NCBI GenBank assembly: GCA_039815185.1
Contig: JBCBZT010000017.1
Span: 1 to 64,000 of the forward strand
Length of the DNA: 64,000 nt
Direction of reading: 5' to 3'
Source: Cyanobacteria bacterium P01_A01_bin.123
Lineage (GTDB): Bacteria; Cyanobacteriota; Cyanobacteriia; Phormidesmidales; Phormidesmidaceae
Shown: positions 1 to 10,227 of the stretch, in pieces
How the letters are laid out: each line of letters begins with the position of its first letter
Position numbering within the stretch: position 1 is the stretch's first letter
Notes under the pieces: generated by a model
The model's database searches: none
Told to the model about the DNA's origin: nothing
Seen by the model: the letters and a program-made list of their open reading frames with translations, nothing else
Translations under genes and position numbers: made by a program

Positions 1-138
1 CAGTTGCATAGCATTTGGCCTCTTCCAGAAGATGCGTCAGGGTTAACATACAGCAGTGACAACTCGTCTCAGGCGGTATCGTAGCAAGTCCACCTCATGT
101 CATCGCTCTCACCAACTCCTCAAAACAGCTATTGAGCC
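1..138 (-). mobile_element. Probable left end of an IS1595-family insertion sequence, running off the window; transposase start at 49
   Basis: Minus strand from ATG at 49 reads MLTLTHLLEEAKCYAT, resembling the N-terminus of IS1595-type Zn-ribbon transposases. The minus strand reads GGCTCAATAG from 138, preceded by AT-rich AAAAATTA, like a terminal repeat plus target site. Only 16 codons are visible. Confidence 0.5.
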
Positions 139-205
139 TAATTTTTTATGTCATATGGCACTGGGTTATCTCCAGGGCCTAAACCCCAACGACCAAGCCC
201 TTCTC

Positions 206-388
206 CTATGTATCATTCTTAGAATTTTTCGTTGGCTCATTAAGATTGGAGCACGCCTGCAATTCAGCGTAGTGCTCTGTACAGGGTGATGGCTCTGGAA
301 AATCTGTCTCAGCTCGGCTGGGTGGCCCTAGGTAACATGAGGCCAGGAGCAGAGGGCAGAAGATTAAAAAGAGTAGCTTGGGGATCAT
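206..388 (-). CDS. Small putative lipoprotein (60 aa)
   Basis: Signal-like N-terminus with lipobox-like LLASC; short, no recognised family. Confidence 0.35.
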   Translation of the reverse strand: MIPKLLFLIFCPLLLASCYLGPPSRAETDFPEPSPCTEHYAELQACSNLNEPTKNSKNDT

Positions 389-855
389 GGGGAGCGCTTC
401 TTATGTTGGAAAACTGATGGCTTTAGCTCAGAGCGGAAGCTGAAACGCGGCTTTAGCTGCTATGAATCTCTAGTTCTTAAGATTTTCCGGTTATTCATGT
501 TGGGGATGTCAAATGGGATCTCCCACTGGAGAACTTGGCAGCATAGTCTAGGTTTCACTGGGCGCTAATCATTCTGCTAAGCGCTGATCTGGGAACGCAG
601 AACTGGGCTTTGAAGCAATGATTTCAAGCTGAAATCGTAATCTTGCAGGGTGTCAACATCGATCGGCCCTGATTCGTCAGGAGCCTGAGCAATGTTTCGA
701 TCCAGTTGGCATATGTGAGTGCTTGTTGGCTAGGCAAAATCAGCGAGGATAACGCATAATAATTCAATTCCTGTTTGCATGTTTTCTATTTGAACGCTTT
801 CTATCGAGAAGGTTCCCAAGCTAAAAATCGCAGAGGTTTCGAATCGGATGTGCTT

Positions 856-1050
856 ATGATTGAGGATGCTCAAACTCGCTGGCATATTGTGCAAACTGAG
901 CAGGGCCAGTGCCAAATCGTCACGGAAGCTGATTTGGCTGCGGCGAAGTCTACGGATGATGCAAAAAGCTGGGGGCCGTTTGCTTCACAGGGAGAAGCGA
1001 TCGCGCGGCGGGTCGGTTTGATTCGGGCGGGCAAGTGTCAGCCCATGTAG
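856..1050 (+). CDS. Conserved small cyanobacterial protein
   Basis: Recognisable motif WGPFASQGEAIARRVGLIRAGKCQP; ATG at 856 preferred over the upstream TTG. Confidence 0.75.
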   Translation: MIEDAQTRWHIVQTEQGQCQIVTEADLAAAKSTDDAKSWGPFASQGEAIARRVGLIRAGKCQPM

Positions 1051-1733
1051 TCTGCTCAAGAAATTTCTGCAATCTTTTAGGTGTAGAACCCGTATGTCGC
1101 GCGTTTGAAACTACAGTTTTCATGATTTGGCACTTAACGTTTACACCTAATATCATGATTTTGTAGAGCGTCTAACAGACTGTCAGATCCACTAGAGGGG
1201 TAAAAGAATAGCCCTCCTTCATAACGCTTCTTGATAGCGATCATTTGGCAAGTTTGGATTAAAACCCAGTGACCATACACGACACCCCCGATAGAGTTGC
1301 AAAAGATTACAACATCCAAATATATGGAAATTGTGCTGTGAGAAGGTAGATCTTTGGGGAAAGATTTAGATCATTTCTGGATCAAATGTGGATCACTATA
1401 TGTCCTTAACTGATCTGTTTGGTTGGTACAGTATGCCATCTTGGATAACTGGCAAAATTATTCAAATCCATCGTCGCACCACTGATACGTCATATCTATG
1501 ACAACATGGTGGTTGGCCCTAATTCCTGAGTCGTTTCAGGTAATAGGCGAATTCATCTTTCAGCATCACAATTGCTTCGAATTTTCCATCCAACTATCTA
1601 AATTATTGTTGCTAAACAAATAAAAATGGCGTATACCTGCCAGAGAGATATCTGGAAAACACCCTCAAACCCTGCTCAGTAGTGCTTTACTGAAAGCTGA
1701 TCCATCAGTATCCGTGGCGCGTACAATCAAGTC

Positions 1734-4700
1734 ATGATTAGGCTGCAGGGCTATCAGGTTGCCGAACTCGTCTATAGCGGCTCCAAAACATTGCTTTACC
1801 GGGGACATCGCTTGTCTGATCACCAGCCTGTCCTAATTAAGCTGCTTAAAGCTGAATATCCTTCCTTTTCAGAACTGGTTCGCTTCCGCAACCAATACAC
1901 CATCACCAAAGCCCTCAACCTGCCCGGTGTGGTGCAGCCCCTAGCCCTAGAAAACTATCGCAACCATTACGCCCTCGTCATGCCTGACGAAGGCTATGTT
2001 GCCCTAGCTGCCCATGCCCAGTCCGCCATTACCCTGCCCGCCTTCTTTCCCATCACCCTCCAGCTCAGCCAAATTCTACAGGGGATACACCGCAACCGGG
2101 TCATCCACAAAGACATCAAACCCCACAACATCCTCATCCATCCTGAAACCGGGCACATCAAGCTAATCGACTTCAGCCTTTCGTCGCTGCTGCCCAAAGA
2201 AACCCCCGTCCTGCAAAACCCCCACATCCTAGAAGGCACCCTCGCCTACCTAGCCCCAGAGCAAACCGGACGGATGAATCGCGGCATCGACTACCGTACC
2301 GACTTCTATGCCTTAGGCATTACCTTTTATGAACTCCTAACGGGGCAACTCCCCTTTCAGACCACCGACCCGATGGAGTTAGTTCACTGCCACATTGCCC
2401 AGCAACCGCGCCCCCCTGCGACCCTCAATCCAGCCATTCCCCTAGGGCTCAACGACTTGATTCTCAAGTTGATGGCTAAAACTGCTGAAGACCGCTATCA
2501 AAGCGCCTTTGGTTTACGTCGTGATTTAGAATACTGTCAGCAAACCTGGCGATCGCAGGGCGACATTCCCGCCTTTCCCTTGGGGCGATGGGACGTCTGC
2601 GATCGCTTCACCATTCCTGAAAAACTCTACGGCAGAAAAAAGGAAGTCCAAGCCTTGCTAGATGCCTTTGAGCGGGTTGCCGGCAAACAAGATCCAGAAT
2701 TCAGCAGTCAGCAGTCAGCAGCCAACCAAAACTCGTCCCCCGCCTCCCCTGCTCCCTCCGCCTCCCCCACTCACACTTCTCCCCATCCCCTCCCCCCGCT
2801 TCCTCAAAGCGAACTCTTCCTAGTCGCTGGTTTCTCCGGCATCGGCAAGACTGCTCTAGTCAACGAAGTTCACAAGCCCATCGTGCGTCAACGGGGCTAT
2901 TTCATCAAAGGCAAATTCGACCAATATCAACGCAATATTCCTTTCTCTGCCTTTGTTCAGGCCCTGCGGGACCTGATGCGGCAGTTGCTCACAGAACCAG
3001 CCACAGTGGTTCAAGTCTGGAAAACCCAAATTTTGAACGCCCTGACTGACAATGGACAAGTCTTAATTGAGGTCATCCCTGAGTTGGAGTGGGTGATTGG
3101 TCCCCAATCCTCAGCGCCTGAACTCTCGGGTACAGCGGCTCAAAACCGATTCAACCTGCTGTTCCAAAAATTCATTCAGGTCTTTACCACCCCAGCCCAT
3201 CCCCTAGTTATTTTTCTAGACGACTTACAGTGGGCCGATTCGGCTTCGCTGAAGCTGATTCAGCTCCTGATCGCTGAAACGGAAACGGCATATCTGCTGC
3301 TGCTGGGTGCCTATCGCGATAACGAAGTCTATCCCGCCCATCCCCTCATGCTCACACTGGGTGAAATTGAAAAGCAAGACGCCAGCGTTGATCAAATTAC
3401 CCTGGCTCCGCTGACCGAGGCGTCTCTTAATGAATTCATTGCTGATACCCTGATCTGCCCTCCAGCTCAGGCTCTTCCCCTCACCGAGCTCATCTTTCAA
3501 AAGACCGCTGGCAATCCGTTCTTTGCCACCCAATTCCTTAAATCCCTTTATCAAGATGGCCTGATCTCCTTCGATTATCCCCCTTTATTTGAAGACTCCC
3601 AAAGTGCCCAGATATCGACCGACAGTTTATCAGCAACAGACACCTGTGGCAGAGGTTGGCAATGCGACATTGCTCAAATCCGGGCATTAGCCGTCAGCAA
3701 CAACGTCGTTGAATTTATGTCAGCGCGACTACAGCGCCTTTCCCCCCCAACCCAAGCCATCCTCAAACTCGCTGCCTGCATCGGCAACTTATTTGACCTA
3801 ACTACCCTGGCCATCGTTTACGAACAAACCCAACCCGAAACCGCAACTGACCTTTGGCAAGCCCTCCAAGAAGGTCTGATCCTGCCCCAAAGCGAAGTTT
3901 ACAAATTCTATCTCGACCCCACCCTCCCCATCTCCCCATCCCCCACTCCCCCCACCTCCCCCGCTCCCCTTTCACCCACCTCCCCCGCTGCCTCCCTCCA
4001 CATCCCGACCTACAAATTCCTCCACGATCGCGTCCAACAGGCCGCCTATACCCTCATTCCTGAGGCCGAAAAACAATCCACCCACCTGACCATCGGTCGC
4101 CTCCTCTTGAAAAATACGGCTGAGGCGACGCTCGAAGAGCGAATTTTTGAAATCGTCAATCAGCTTAATATCGGCGCAGACTTGATTGCAGATCGAGCCG
4201 AAAAAGATCGATTAGTGCAGTTGAATTTGATCGCGGGCCGCAAAGCGAAGCTATCAACGGCCTATGCCGCTGCCGTGAACTATCTCTCGACAGGTCTGCG
4301 AGAACTCCCCCCAGAGAGTTGGCAAAACCAGTATTCACTGACTTTAGAACTCCATGAAACTGCAGCAGATGCGGCCTATCTGAATGGTGATTTTGAGCAA
4401 ATGGCGCAATCGCTATCCGCTATTTTTCAACACGCTGCAACGCTGCTAGACAAGGTAAAAGCGCATGAAATTCAGATTCAAGCCTACATCGCTCAAGACA
4501 AACCCGTTAATGCGGTCAATCGAGCCTTAGAAATCCTCAGAGAGCTTGGGGTGAAACTCCCCAAACGGCCCAAGCAACATACGGTTGCGATCGCCATTTG
4601 GAAAACGCAACTCGCCCTGGCAGGCAAACGTATTGATGAACTGGTTGATCTACCCCCCATGACCGACCCAACCCAGTTGGCGGCGATGCGGATTTTGACC

Positions 4701-7700
4701 AGCGTCATCTCGCCTGCGTCTTTCTTTTCACCGCCGCTTTTTTTGCTGATCTCTCTCAAAGCTGTCAATCTCTCGCTGAAATATGGCAATATCGACCTCT
4801 CTGCCTATGCCTATGGCACCTATGGGCAAATTCTTTGCGGTGTTGTCGGCGATATCGATCGGGGCAATCAGTTTGGTCAACTGGCGCTTAAGTTGCTCGC
4901 GAAGCTGAATGCGAAAAAGCTCAAAGCGAAGGTTTTGATGCTTGTCAATGATTTTGTGATTCATTGGCAAGCCCACTTGAAAGAAACCCTAGCGCCCTTT
5001 GTGGAAGCCTACCAAAGTGGTCTAGAAACGGGGGATCTAGAATTTGCAGCCCGTTCAGCGATGGTCTATGGCTACCATTCCTATTTTTTGGGGCAAGAGT
5101 TGGCCACGCTAGAACAAGAACTCGGGAACTACACCGCAGCGATTCGTGAGCTAAAACAAACCAAATTCATTTACATGAATGCGCGGTTTCACCAGGTGGT
5201 GTTAAACCTATTAGGTCGATCATATGACCCCTGCCGGCTTGTCGGCGATGCTTACGACGAAGATCAGCTGTTGCCGCTTCACGTCAAAGCCAACGATCGC
5301 AATGCGATTTTTAATGTCTATTTTCATAAGGCATCTCTTTATTATCTGTTTGGGTTTCATGGGTTAGCAGCCGAAAACATTGCCAATGCTAAGCACCATC
5401 TAGAAACGACAACGGGACTGCTGTACTCAGTCCTGTTTTATTTCTATGAATCACTCATTAGGCTGGCAACCTTTCCCTCAGTATCGCGATTTGAGCAGGT
5501 TCGTATTTTGCGGAGGGTTAAGGTCAATCAGCGAAAAGTAGAGCGGTGGGCTCAGTTTGCCCCGATGAATCATCGGCACAAGTTTTATTTGGTTGAGGCC
5601 GAACGCCATCGGGTATTGGGACAGTCAACCCAGGCGATCGCCGCCTACGACCGGGCCATTGCCCTGGCTAAGAAGCACGACTATATCCACGAAATGGCCC
5701 TAGCCAACGAACTGGCGGCCCAATTTTGTCTAGCGCAGGGCCAAGTCAAATTTGCTCAGGTGTATTTGACTGATGCCTACTACGGCTATGCTCGCTGGGG
5801 GGCTAAGGCCAAAGTTGAAAGCCTAGAAGCCAAGTATCCAGAGATACTGGCAGCACGCTTTGCCCATACAGATGTTGGCATTGATGACGCGGCTTCCCTT
5901 GGCCTCCCTGGTGTGACTCAGCGCCATCTCAATTCAACGGTGACGGTCACTGAACTGCTGCCAGAAACCCTTGACTTAGCTGCCGTCTTAAAGGTCTCCC
6001 AAGCGCTATCCAGCGAAATTCAAATTGAACAGCTGTTGTCAACCTTGGTGACCGTCGCCATCGAAACGGCCGGGGCAGAAAAAGGCGTTCTCATTTTGCC
6101 CCAAGACTCGCAGTGGATGATCCAAGTCAAGGTTTTCAAAGACAGGGCACAAACTGATGCTCTCCAAATTGAATCGCTCTTACAGTCCATTCCGGTCGGT
6201 TCAAGTATAGATGTGCCCGTCAGCCTAATTAACTACGTCAGTCGAACCCAAACTCCTCTGGCATTGGAGAATGCTGCGAAGGAAGTTATCTTTGCCGCTG
6301 ACCCCTACATTATCGAGCATCAGCCTAAATCTGTGCTGTGCAATCCGATCTTGAGCTATGGCAATTTAGTCGGCATCTTGTACCTAGAAAATAACTTAGT
6401 GGCGGGAGTATTTACCCACAAGCGTTTGGAAGTGCTCAAGCTGTTGATGACCCAAGCCGCCATTTCGTTAGAAAATGCCCAGCTATATGAACAACTTAGG
6501 GACTATTCTCGCACCCTGGAATCTCGGATCGAGGCGCGCACCGAGGAGCTCCAGGCAGCTAAGCAGGATGCGGATATTGCCAACCGAGCCAAAAGCCAGT
6601 TTCTGGCCAATATGAGCCACGAATTACGGACGCCCCTAAATGCAATTCTCGGTTTCACCCAGCTGATGAATCGCGATGCCACCCTCAGCCAAACCCATCA
6701 AAACCATCTGCAAATTATTAGCCGTAGCGGTGAGCATTTGCTGAACCTGATCAACGATGTGCTGGAATTCTCAAAAATTGAGGCGGGTCGCATTACCTTT
6801 TCGGAGGGCTCATTCAACTTATTGAATTTGCTCACCACCCTAGAAAATATGTTTCAGCTCAAAGCGTCGTCAAAAGGCCTCCGATTGAGCCTTGAAACAT
6901 CGCCTGACCTGCCGCGCTATATCAAAACTGATGAAGGTAAGTTTCGGCAGGTACTGATCAACCTGTTGAGTAATGCCATCAAGTTTACGTCAGTGGGGCA
7001 AGTGACTTTGCGTATTAAGGTCGAACGGCAAATTGAGGGCAACAACGCGGACTTGCTGCTTTGTTGCGAAGTTGAAGATACGGGACCCGGCATTCCTGAA
7101 ACGGAAGTAGAGGTGTTGTTTGATGCCTTTGTCCAAACGGAACCGGGGCGAAAATCTCAAGAGGGAACGGGGTTGGGGTTGCCCATCAGTCGCGAGTTTG
7201 TCCGATTGATGGGGGGGGATATGACGGTCAGCAACGTCCTCAACGGAGGAGCGCTTTTTCGCTTTACGCTGCAAGCCAAAGTCGCTGAGGCTAAGGATGT
7301 GAGTCTGCTACCCACGGCGCGTCAGGTTGTTGCTCTGGCCCCCAATCAGCCCATCTATCGCCTATTAGTCGTTGAGGATCAGTGGACAAATCGGCAACTG
7401 TTGGTTGAGATGCTGGCTGATGTAGGTTTTGAGGTAAGAGAGGCTGAGAATGGTAAGGAAGCGATCGCCCTTTATGAAAGCTGGCATCCCCATCTAATCT
7501 GGATGGACATGCGCATGCCTGGGATGGATGGATACGAAGCCACGCGGCGTATCAAGGCAGATGCCCAAGATGCTCAAACCAGAGAGTCCTCGGCACCTGT
7601 CATCATTGCCCTGACCGCAAGTGCATTTGAAGAGGAACGCGCTGAAATTTTGGCAGCGGGCTGTGATGACTTTGTGCGTAAACCTTTGCAGACATCGATG

Positions 7701-8012
7701 ATCTTCGACAAAATGGCCCAGCTTTTGGGGGTGAAGTATATCTATGCCGAAAACCATCAACAGAAAGTCAGTGCCCATCAGTCAGCGTTAGAGTTTGGCA
7801 ACTCAGCCCTCAAAGCCGATAGCTTATCCGTGATGCCACAGGCTTGGATTGAGCAGTTGTACGAGGCAGCCATTCAGGTAGATGCGGATGTTATCTGCCA
7901 GTTACTGGCGCAAATTCCGGCAGAGCATGCAGTACTAGCTGAAACCCTTTTGGATTTGACCCAGCGTTTCTGTTTTGATGAAATCATTGATCTGACTCAA
8001 GTGGAGACATGA
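1734..8012 (+). CDS. Hybrid Ser/Thr kinase - AAA ATPase - GAF - histidine kinase - receiver protein (HstK-like)
   Basis: HKDIKPHN and DFS kinase motifs; Walker A GFSGIGKT and Walker B FLDD; GAF region; H-box MSHELRTPLN; G-boxes DTGPGI and GTGLGL; receiver WMDMRMP. Confidence 0.95.
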   Translation: MIRLQGYQVAELVYSGSKTLLYRGHRLSDHQPVLIKLLKAEYPSFSELVRFRNQYTITKALNLPGVVQPLALENYRNHYALVMPDEGYVALAAHAQSAITLPAFFPITLQLSQILQGIHRNRVIHKDIKPHNILIHPETGHIKLIDFSLSSLLPKETPVLQNPHILEGTLAYLAPEQTGRMNRGIDYRTDFYALGITFYELLTGQLPFQTTDPMELVHCHIAQQPRPPATLNPAIPLGLNDLILKLMAKTAEDRYQSAFGLRRDLEYCQQTWRSQGDIPAFPLGRWDVCDRFTIPEKLYGRKKEVQALLDAFERVAGKQDPEFSSQQSAANQNSSPASPAPSASPTHTSPHPLPPLPQSELFLVAGFSGIGKTALVNEVHKPIVRQRGYFIKGKFDQYQRNIPFSAFVQALRDLMRQLLTEPATVVQVWKTQILNALTDNGQVLIEVIPELEWVIGPQSSAPELSGTAAQNRFNLLFQKFIQVFTTPAHPLVIFLDDLQWADSASLKLIQLLIAETETAYLLLLGAYRDNEVYPAHPLMLTLGEIEKQDASVDQITLAPLTEASLNEFIADTLICPPAQALPLTELIFQKTAGNPFFATQFLKSLYQDGLISFDYPPLFEDSQSAQISTDSLSATDTCGRGWQCDIAQIRALAVSNNVVEFMSARLQRLSPPTQAILKLAACIGNLFDLTTLAIVYEQTQPETATDLWQALQEGLILPQSEVYKFYLDPTLPISPSPTPPTSPAPLSPTSPAASLHIPTYKFLHDRVQQAAYTLIPEAEKQSTHLTIGRLLLKNTAEATLEERIFEIVNQLNIGADLIADRAEKDRLVQLNLIAGRKAKLSTAYAAAVNYLSTGLRELPPESWQNQYSLTLELHETAADAAYLNGDFEQMAQSLSAIFQHAATLLDKVKAHEIQIQAYIAQDKPVNAVNRALEILRELGVKLPKRPKQHTVAIAIWKTQLALAGKRIDELVDLPPMTDPTQLAAMRILTSVISPASFFSPPLFLLISLKAVNLSLKYGNIDLSAYAYGTYGQILCGVVGDIDRGNQFGQLALKLLAKLNAKKLKAKVLMLVNDFVIHWQAHLKETLAPFVEAYQSGLETGDLEFAARSAMVYGYHSYFLGQELATLEQELGNYTAAIRELKQTKFIYMNARFHQVVLNLLGRSYDPCRLVGDAYDEDQLLPLHVKANDRNAIFNVYFHKASLYYLFGFHGLAAENIANAKHHLETTTGLLYSVLFYFYESLIRLATFPSVSRFEQVRILRRVKVNQRKVERWAQFAPMNHRHKFYLVEAERHRVLGQSTQAIAAYDRAIALAKKHDYIHEMALANELAAQFCLAQGQVKFAQVYLTDAYYGYARWGAKAKVESLEAKYPEILAARFAHTDVGIDDAASLGLPGVTQRHLNSTVTVTELLPETLDLAAVLKVSQALSSEIQIEQLLSTLVTVAIETAGAEKGVLILPQDSQWMIQVKVFKDRAQTDALQIESLLQSIPVGSSIDVPVSLINYVSRTQTPLALENAAKEVIFAADPYIIEHQPKSVLCNPILSYGNLVGILYLENNLVAGVFTHKRLEVLKLLMTQAAISLENAQLYEQLRDYSRTLESRIEARTEELQAAKQDADIANRAKSQFLANMSHELRTPLNAILGFTQLMNRDATLSQTHQNHLQIISRSGEHLLNLINDVLEFSKIEAGRITFSEGSFNLLNLLTTLENMFQLKASSKGLRLSLETSPDLPRYIKTDEGKFRQVLINLLSNAIKFTSVGQVTLRIKVERQIEGNNADLLLCCEVEDTGPGIPETEVEVLFDAFVQTEPGRKSQEGTGLGLPISREFVRLMGGDMTVSNVLNGGALFRFTLQAKVAEAKDVSLLPTARQVVALAPNQPIYRLLVVEDQWTNRQLLVEMLADVGFEVREAENGKEAIALYESWHPHLIWMDMRMPGMDGYEATRRIKADAQDAQTRESSAPVIIALTASAFEEERAEILAAGCDDFVRKPLQTSMIFDKMAQLLGVKYIYAENHQQKVSAHQSALEFGNSALKADSLSVMPQAWIEQLYEAAIQVDADVICQLLAQIPAEHAVLAETLLDLTQRFCFDEIIDLTQVET

Positions 8013-8241
8013 CGCTTGATTTGGCAAACAGCGGTTGAATGGGTCTAAAGTTCGGGATACCCATCGGCTATTAACGACTTTATTCGGAGTTAATTAAGCC
8101 TTTTGGCTGATCTCAAATTTACTGATTTTAAATTAGTAGTTGATTGCCTAATAATTAGTGTGTTTCAAGTTGTAAAGTGAGCGAAGACTTTTGGTTGCCT
8201 TCCCGATTTCGATAATGAGCAGGCTTCATTAACGAGCACCC

Positions 8242-8457
8242 TTAACCTAAGTCTTTGGATTGAGTGCTTGCTAAGTCTTCTTGGAGCGCCTCAAGGCTCC
8301 ATGCCAAAATCACGAAGACAGGCAGGCATACAAATACAAAGAAACAATAGGCTGTAAAAAGGCAGGCATCGAGCACATCAGTAGATAGGCTGCGATCAAT
8401 TGAATATAAGGCTTTTGGCCAGAGGACAGATATCTTTGAGATAAACATATGCGCCAC
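8242..8457 (-). CDS. Small membrane protein, paralog of 49535-49732 (alternative ATG start at 8448)
   Basis: Ungapped 29/61 identity with the 49535-49732 ORF, synonymous codon differences at conserved residues, one long hydrophobic segment. Confidence 0.7.
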   Translation of the reverse strand: MAHMFISKISVLWPKALYSIDRSLSTDVLDACLFTAYCFFVFVCLPVFVILAWSLEALQEDLASTQSKDLG

Positions 8458-8847
8458 ATAATTTTCTAGCAGCAGAACCTATTAAGCACCCCGTATCATT
8501 AAGTCAAACGGTTCTTCTTAATCACACAATATCTCACTTAACCCCAGAAAACTGTGAGTTTCCAACAAACTAAACCGCAGTAGTATTATGTTCACTTGAA
8601 GTGTGTGTAAATCATGACGTTTCTGCTTGGTAAGACCCCATCTCACTATGCCTTCCTAAGCACTTTATAGATGGGGCTCGTCAACGCGAATGTAGATCTT
8701 ATCAGCCATAGCTACAAACCAAACGCAGTCTAAGGGACTATTCCCTCACAACATCCTCAAATTCTCTCTGTAACGTATGAGTTGAAGGGAGCTTCCCCTT
8801 CAAATGAGCTTTTTAGCGATGTCGAGGGCGATAAGCTGAGGAGAGCT

Positions 8848-9051
8848 ATGCCTATGACAATTTGGAATATTCACTTTAGGCATTTATGGATGGCTTTTTG
8901 GGCTTACTTAAGGCAGCCGATTTTTGACAAAGAGAGGCATACGACTTTGAATCCACATAAGTTTGCCTATTCGCATAATATTCAGTTCTTAGAGCGCTGT
9001 TTAAAACTTGATAACACTTCAGAAAACTTCACTGAAAAAGGCGATCTATAA
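8848..9051 (+). CDS. Small hypothetical protein
   Basis: GAGGAG ribosome-binding site before ATG 8848; FWAYLRQPIF...LERC resembles a small cyanobacterial family. Confidence 0.6.
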   Translation: MPMTIWNIHFRHLWMAFWAYLRQPIFDKERHTTLNPHKFAYSHNIQFLERCLKLDNTSENFTEKGDL

Positions 9052-9159
9052 AAAAATAGCCAGAAATAGCCCAAAACTGACCGTGGATAGGGGAGTGTAC
9101 GATATCGTGATGGTCTCTCAGTGAGCTGAGCCCTGAACGTAGCTTGATTAAAGGTGTTA

Positions 9160-9588
9160 ATGGCTAAGAAACCACAGATTCGCGCGATCGCGATTTGTAT
9201 TTTTCGCCAAGGCGATCGCATTTTGGTTAATCATGGCTACAATCACACAAAGCAAGCCCACTTTTGTCGACCCCTAGGCGGTGGCATCGACTTTGGTGAA
9301 ACTAGTGAAGCCGCTGTAATCCGCGAAATCCGCGAAGAGCTGGGTGTCGAAATGACTGCTCCAAAACTACTGGGGGTACTGGAGTCGATATACGTCTACA
9401 ACGATAAACCCGGCCATGAACTGGTGTTTGTCTACGACGGCCAGTTTGTGGATTCAGCTCTATATGACCAAATCTCGTTGCAGGCAGTAGAAGGTGAGCA
9501 GCCTTTTGAAGCCCGTTGGCGATCGCTGGATGAACTTAAATCCGGCGATCCGTTGCTAGTGCCTGAAGGGTTATGGACGCTACTGTAA
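9160..9588 (+). CDS. NUDIX hydrolase
   Basis: Nudix box GGGIDFGETSEAAVIREIREELG. Confidence 0.92.
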   Translation: MAKKPQIRAIAICIFRQGDRILVNHGYNHTKQAHFCRPLGGGIDFGETSEAAVIREIREELGVEMTAPKLLGVLESIYVYNDKPGHELVFVYDGQFVDSALYDQISLQAVEGEQPFEARWRSLDELKSGDPLLVPEGLWTLL

Positions 9589-9597
9589 AGCAGTGGA

Positions 9598-9888
9598 TCA
9601 TGGATTGCGTAGTTCTTCAATCATGCCGGGACTGTGCAAGACGATATCGACAATTGAAGCGGCGTTATTCAGCACGTGAAAATACTCTATCTTTTGATTG
9701 ACCGCCTGAAGTTCTGCTTTGATTTGGGATAAATCAGACTCATCGCTCACTTTATCAAGTTTGCTCAAGAGCTGGCCATGGGCAATTTTGTAGTAAGACT
9801 GCATATCCCGAGAAAAGGAATGTAGCGCTGTCGCGACTGCGATCGGAGAGTGGTCTGGGATACCAAATTTAGGCTTTGTGTTTTCCAT
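9598..9888 (-). CDS. Hypothetical helical protein (~96 aa)
   Basis: Protein-like ORF with coiled-coil character, convergent with the NUDIX gene. Confidence 0.6.
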   Translation of the reverse strand: MENTKPKFGIPDHSPIAVATALHSFSRDMQSYYKIAHGQLLSKLDKVSDESDLSQIKAELQAVNQKIEYFHVLNNAASIVDIVLHSPGMIEELRNP

Positions 9889-10005
9889 TAAAAACAAGTT
9901 CTATATAGTTTTGGCTGAGAGTCTAGAATTCCAAACTGATGATGTTAGCAACGCAGTTGCCTTGAAGATCTCGAATTTGAGTGGTTGGTTCCAAAGCAGA
10001 ACCTC

Positions 10006-10050
10006 TGACTTCCCTCGATCTCAGGCAGAGCCTGGGATCGAGGGAAGTCA
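10006..10050. terminator. 21-bp-arm hairpin downstream of xfp and its relic (REP-like or terminator)
   Basis: tgacttccctcgatctcaggc-aga-gcctgggatcgagggaagtca; one mismatch between the arms. Confidence 0.6.
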
Positions 10051-10054
10051 ACCA

Positions 10055-10227
10055 CTAATAAGGCCACTTCTACCCAGTCATTACAGTCATTTCTCTACTA
10101 TCCATACCGTGTTCATGGGCCTAGGCGAGGGACTCAATGATCTTGTTCTTCATGGGCTCTTTCACATGCCCTGCTGCCGCTCCCAGCTGAGGAACCCCGT
10201 CAACCCCGTCAATCACATCGACCACTA
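10055..10227 (-). pseudogene. Degenerate second copy of the xfp 3' end (~50 codons)
   Basis: Aligns to 10221-10380; two nonsense codons, two 9-bp duplications; ends KWPY-stop. Confidence 0.9.

Noticed and set aside
389..855. Possible gene remnant or ncRNA in the spacer
   Set aside because: Only short open stretches without a start or recognisable motif; not supportable by eye.
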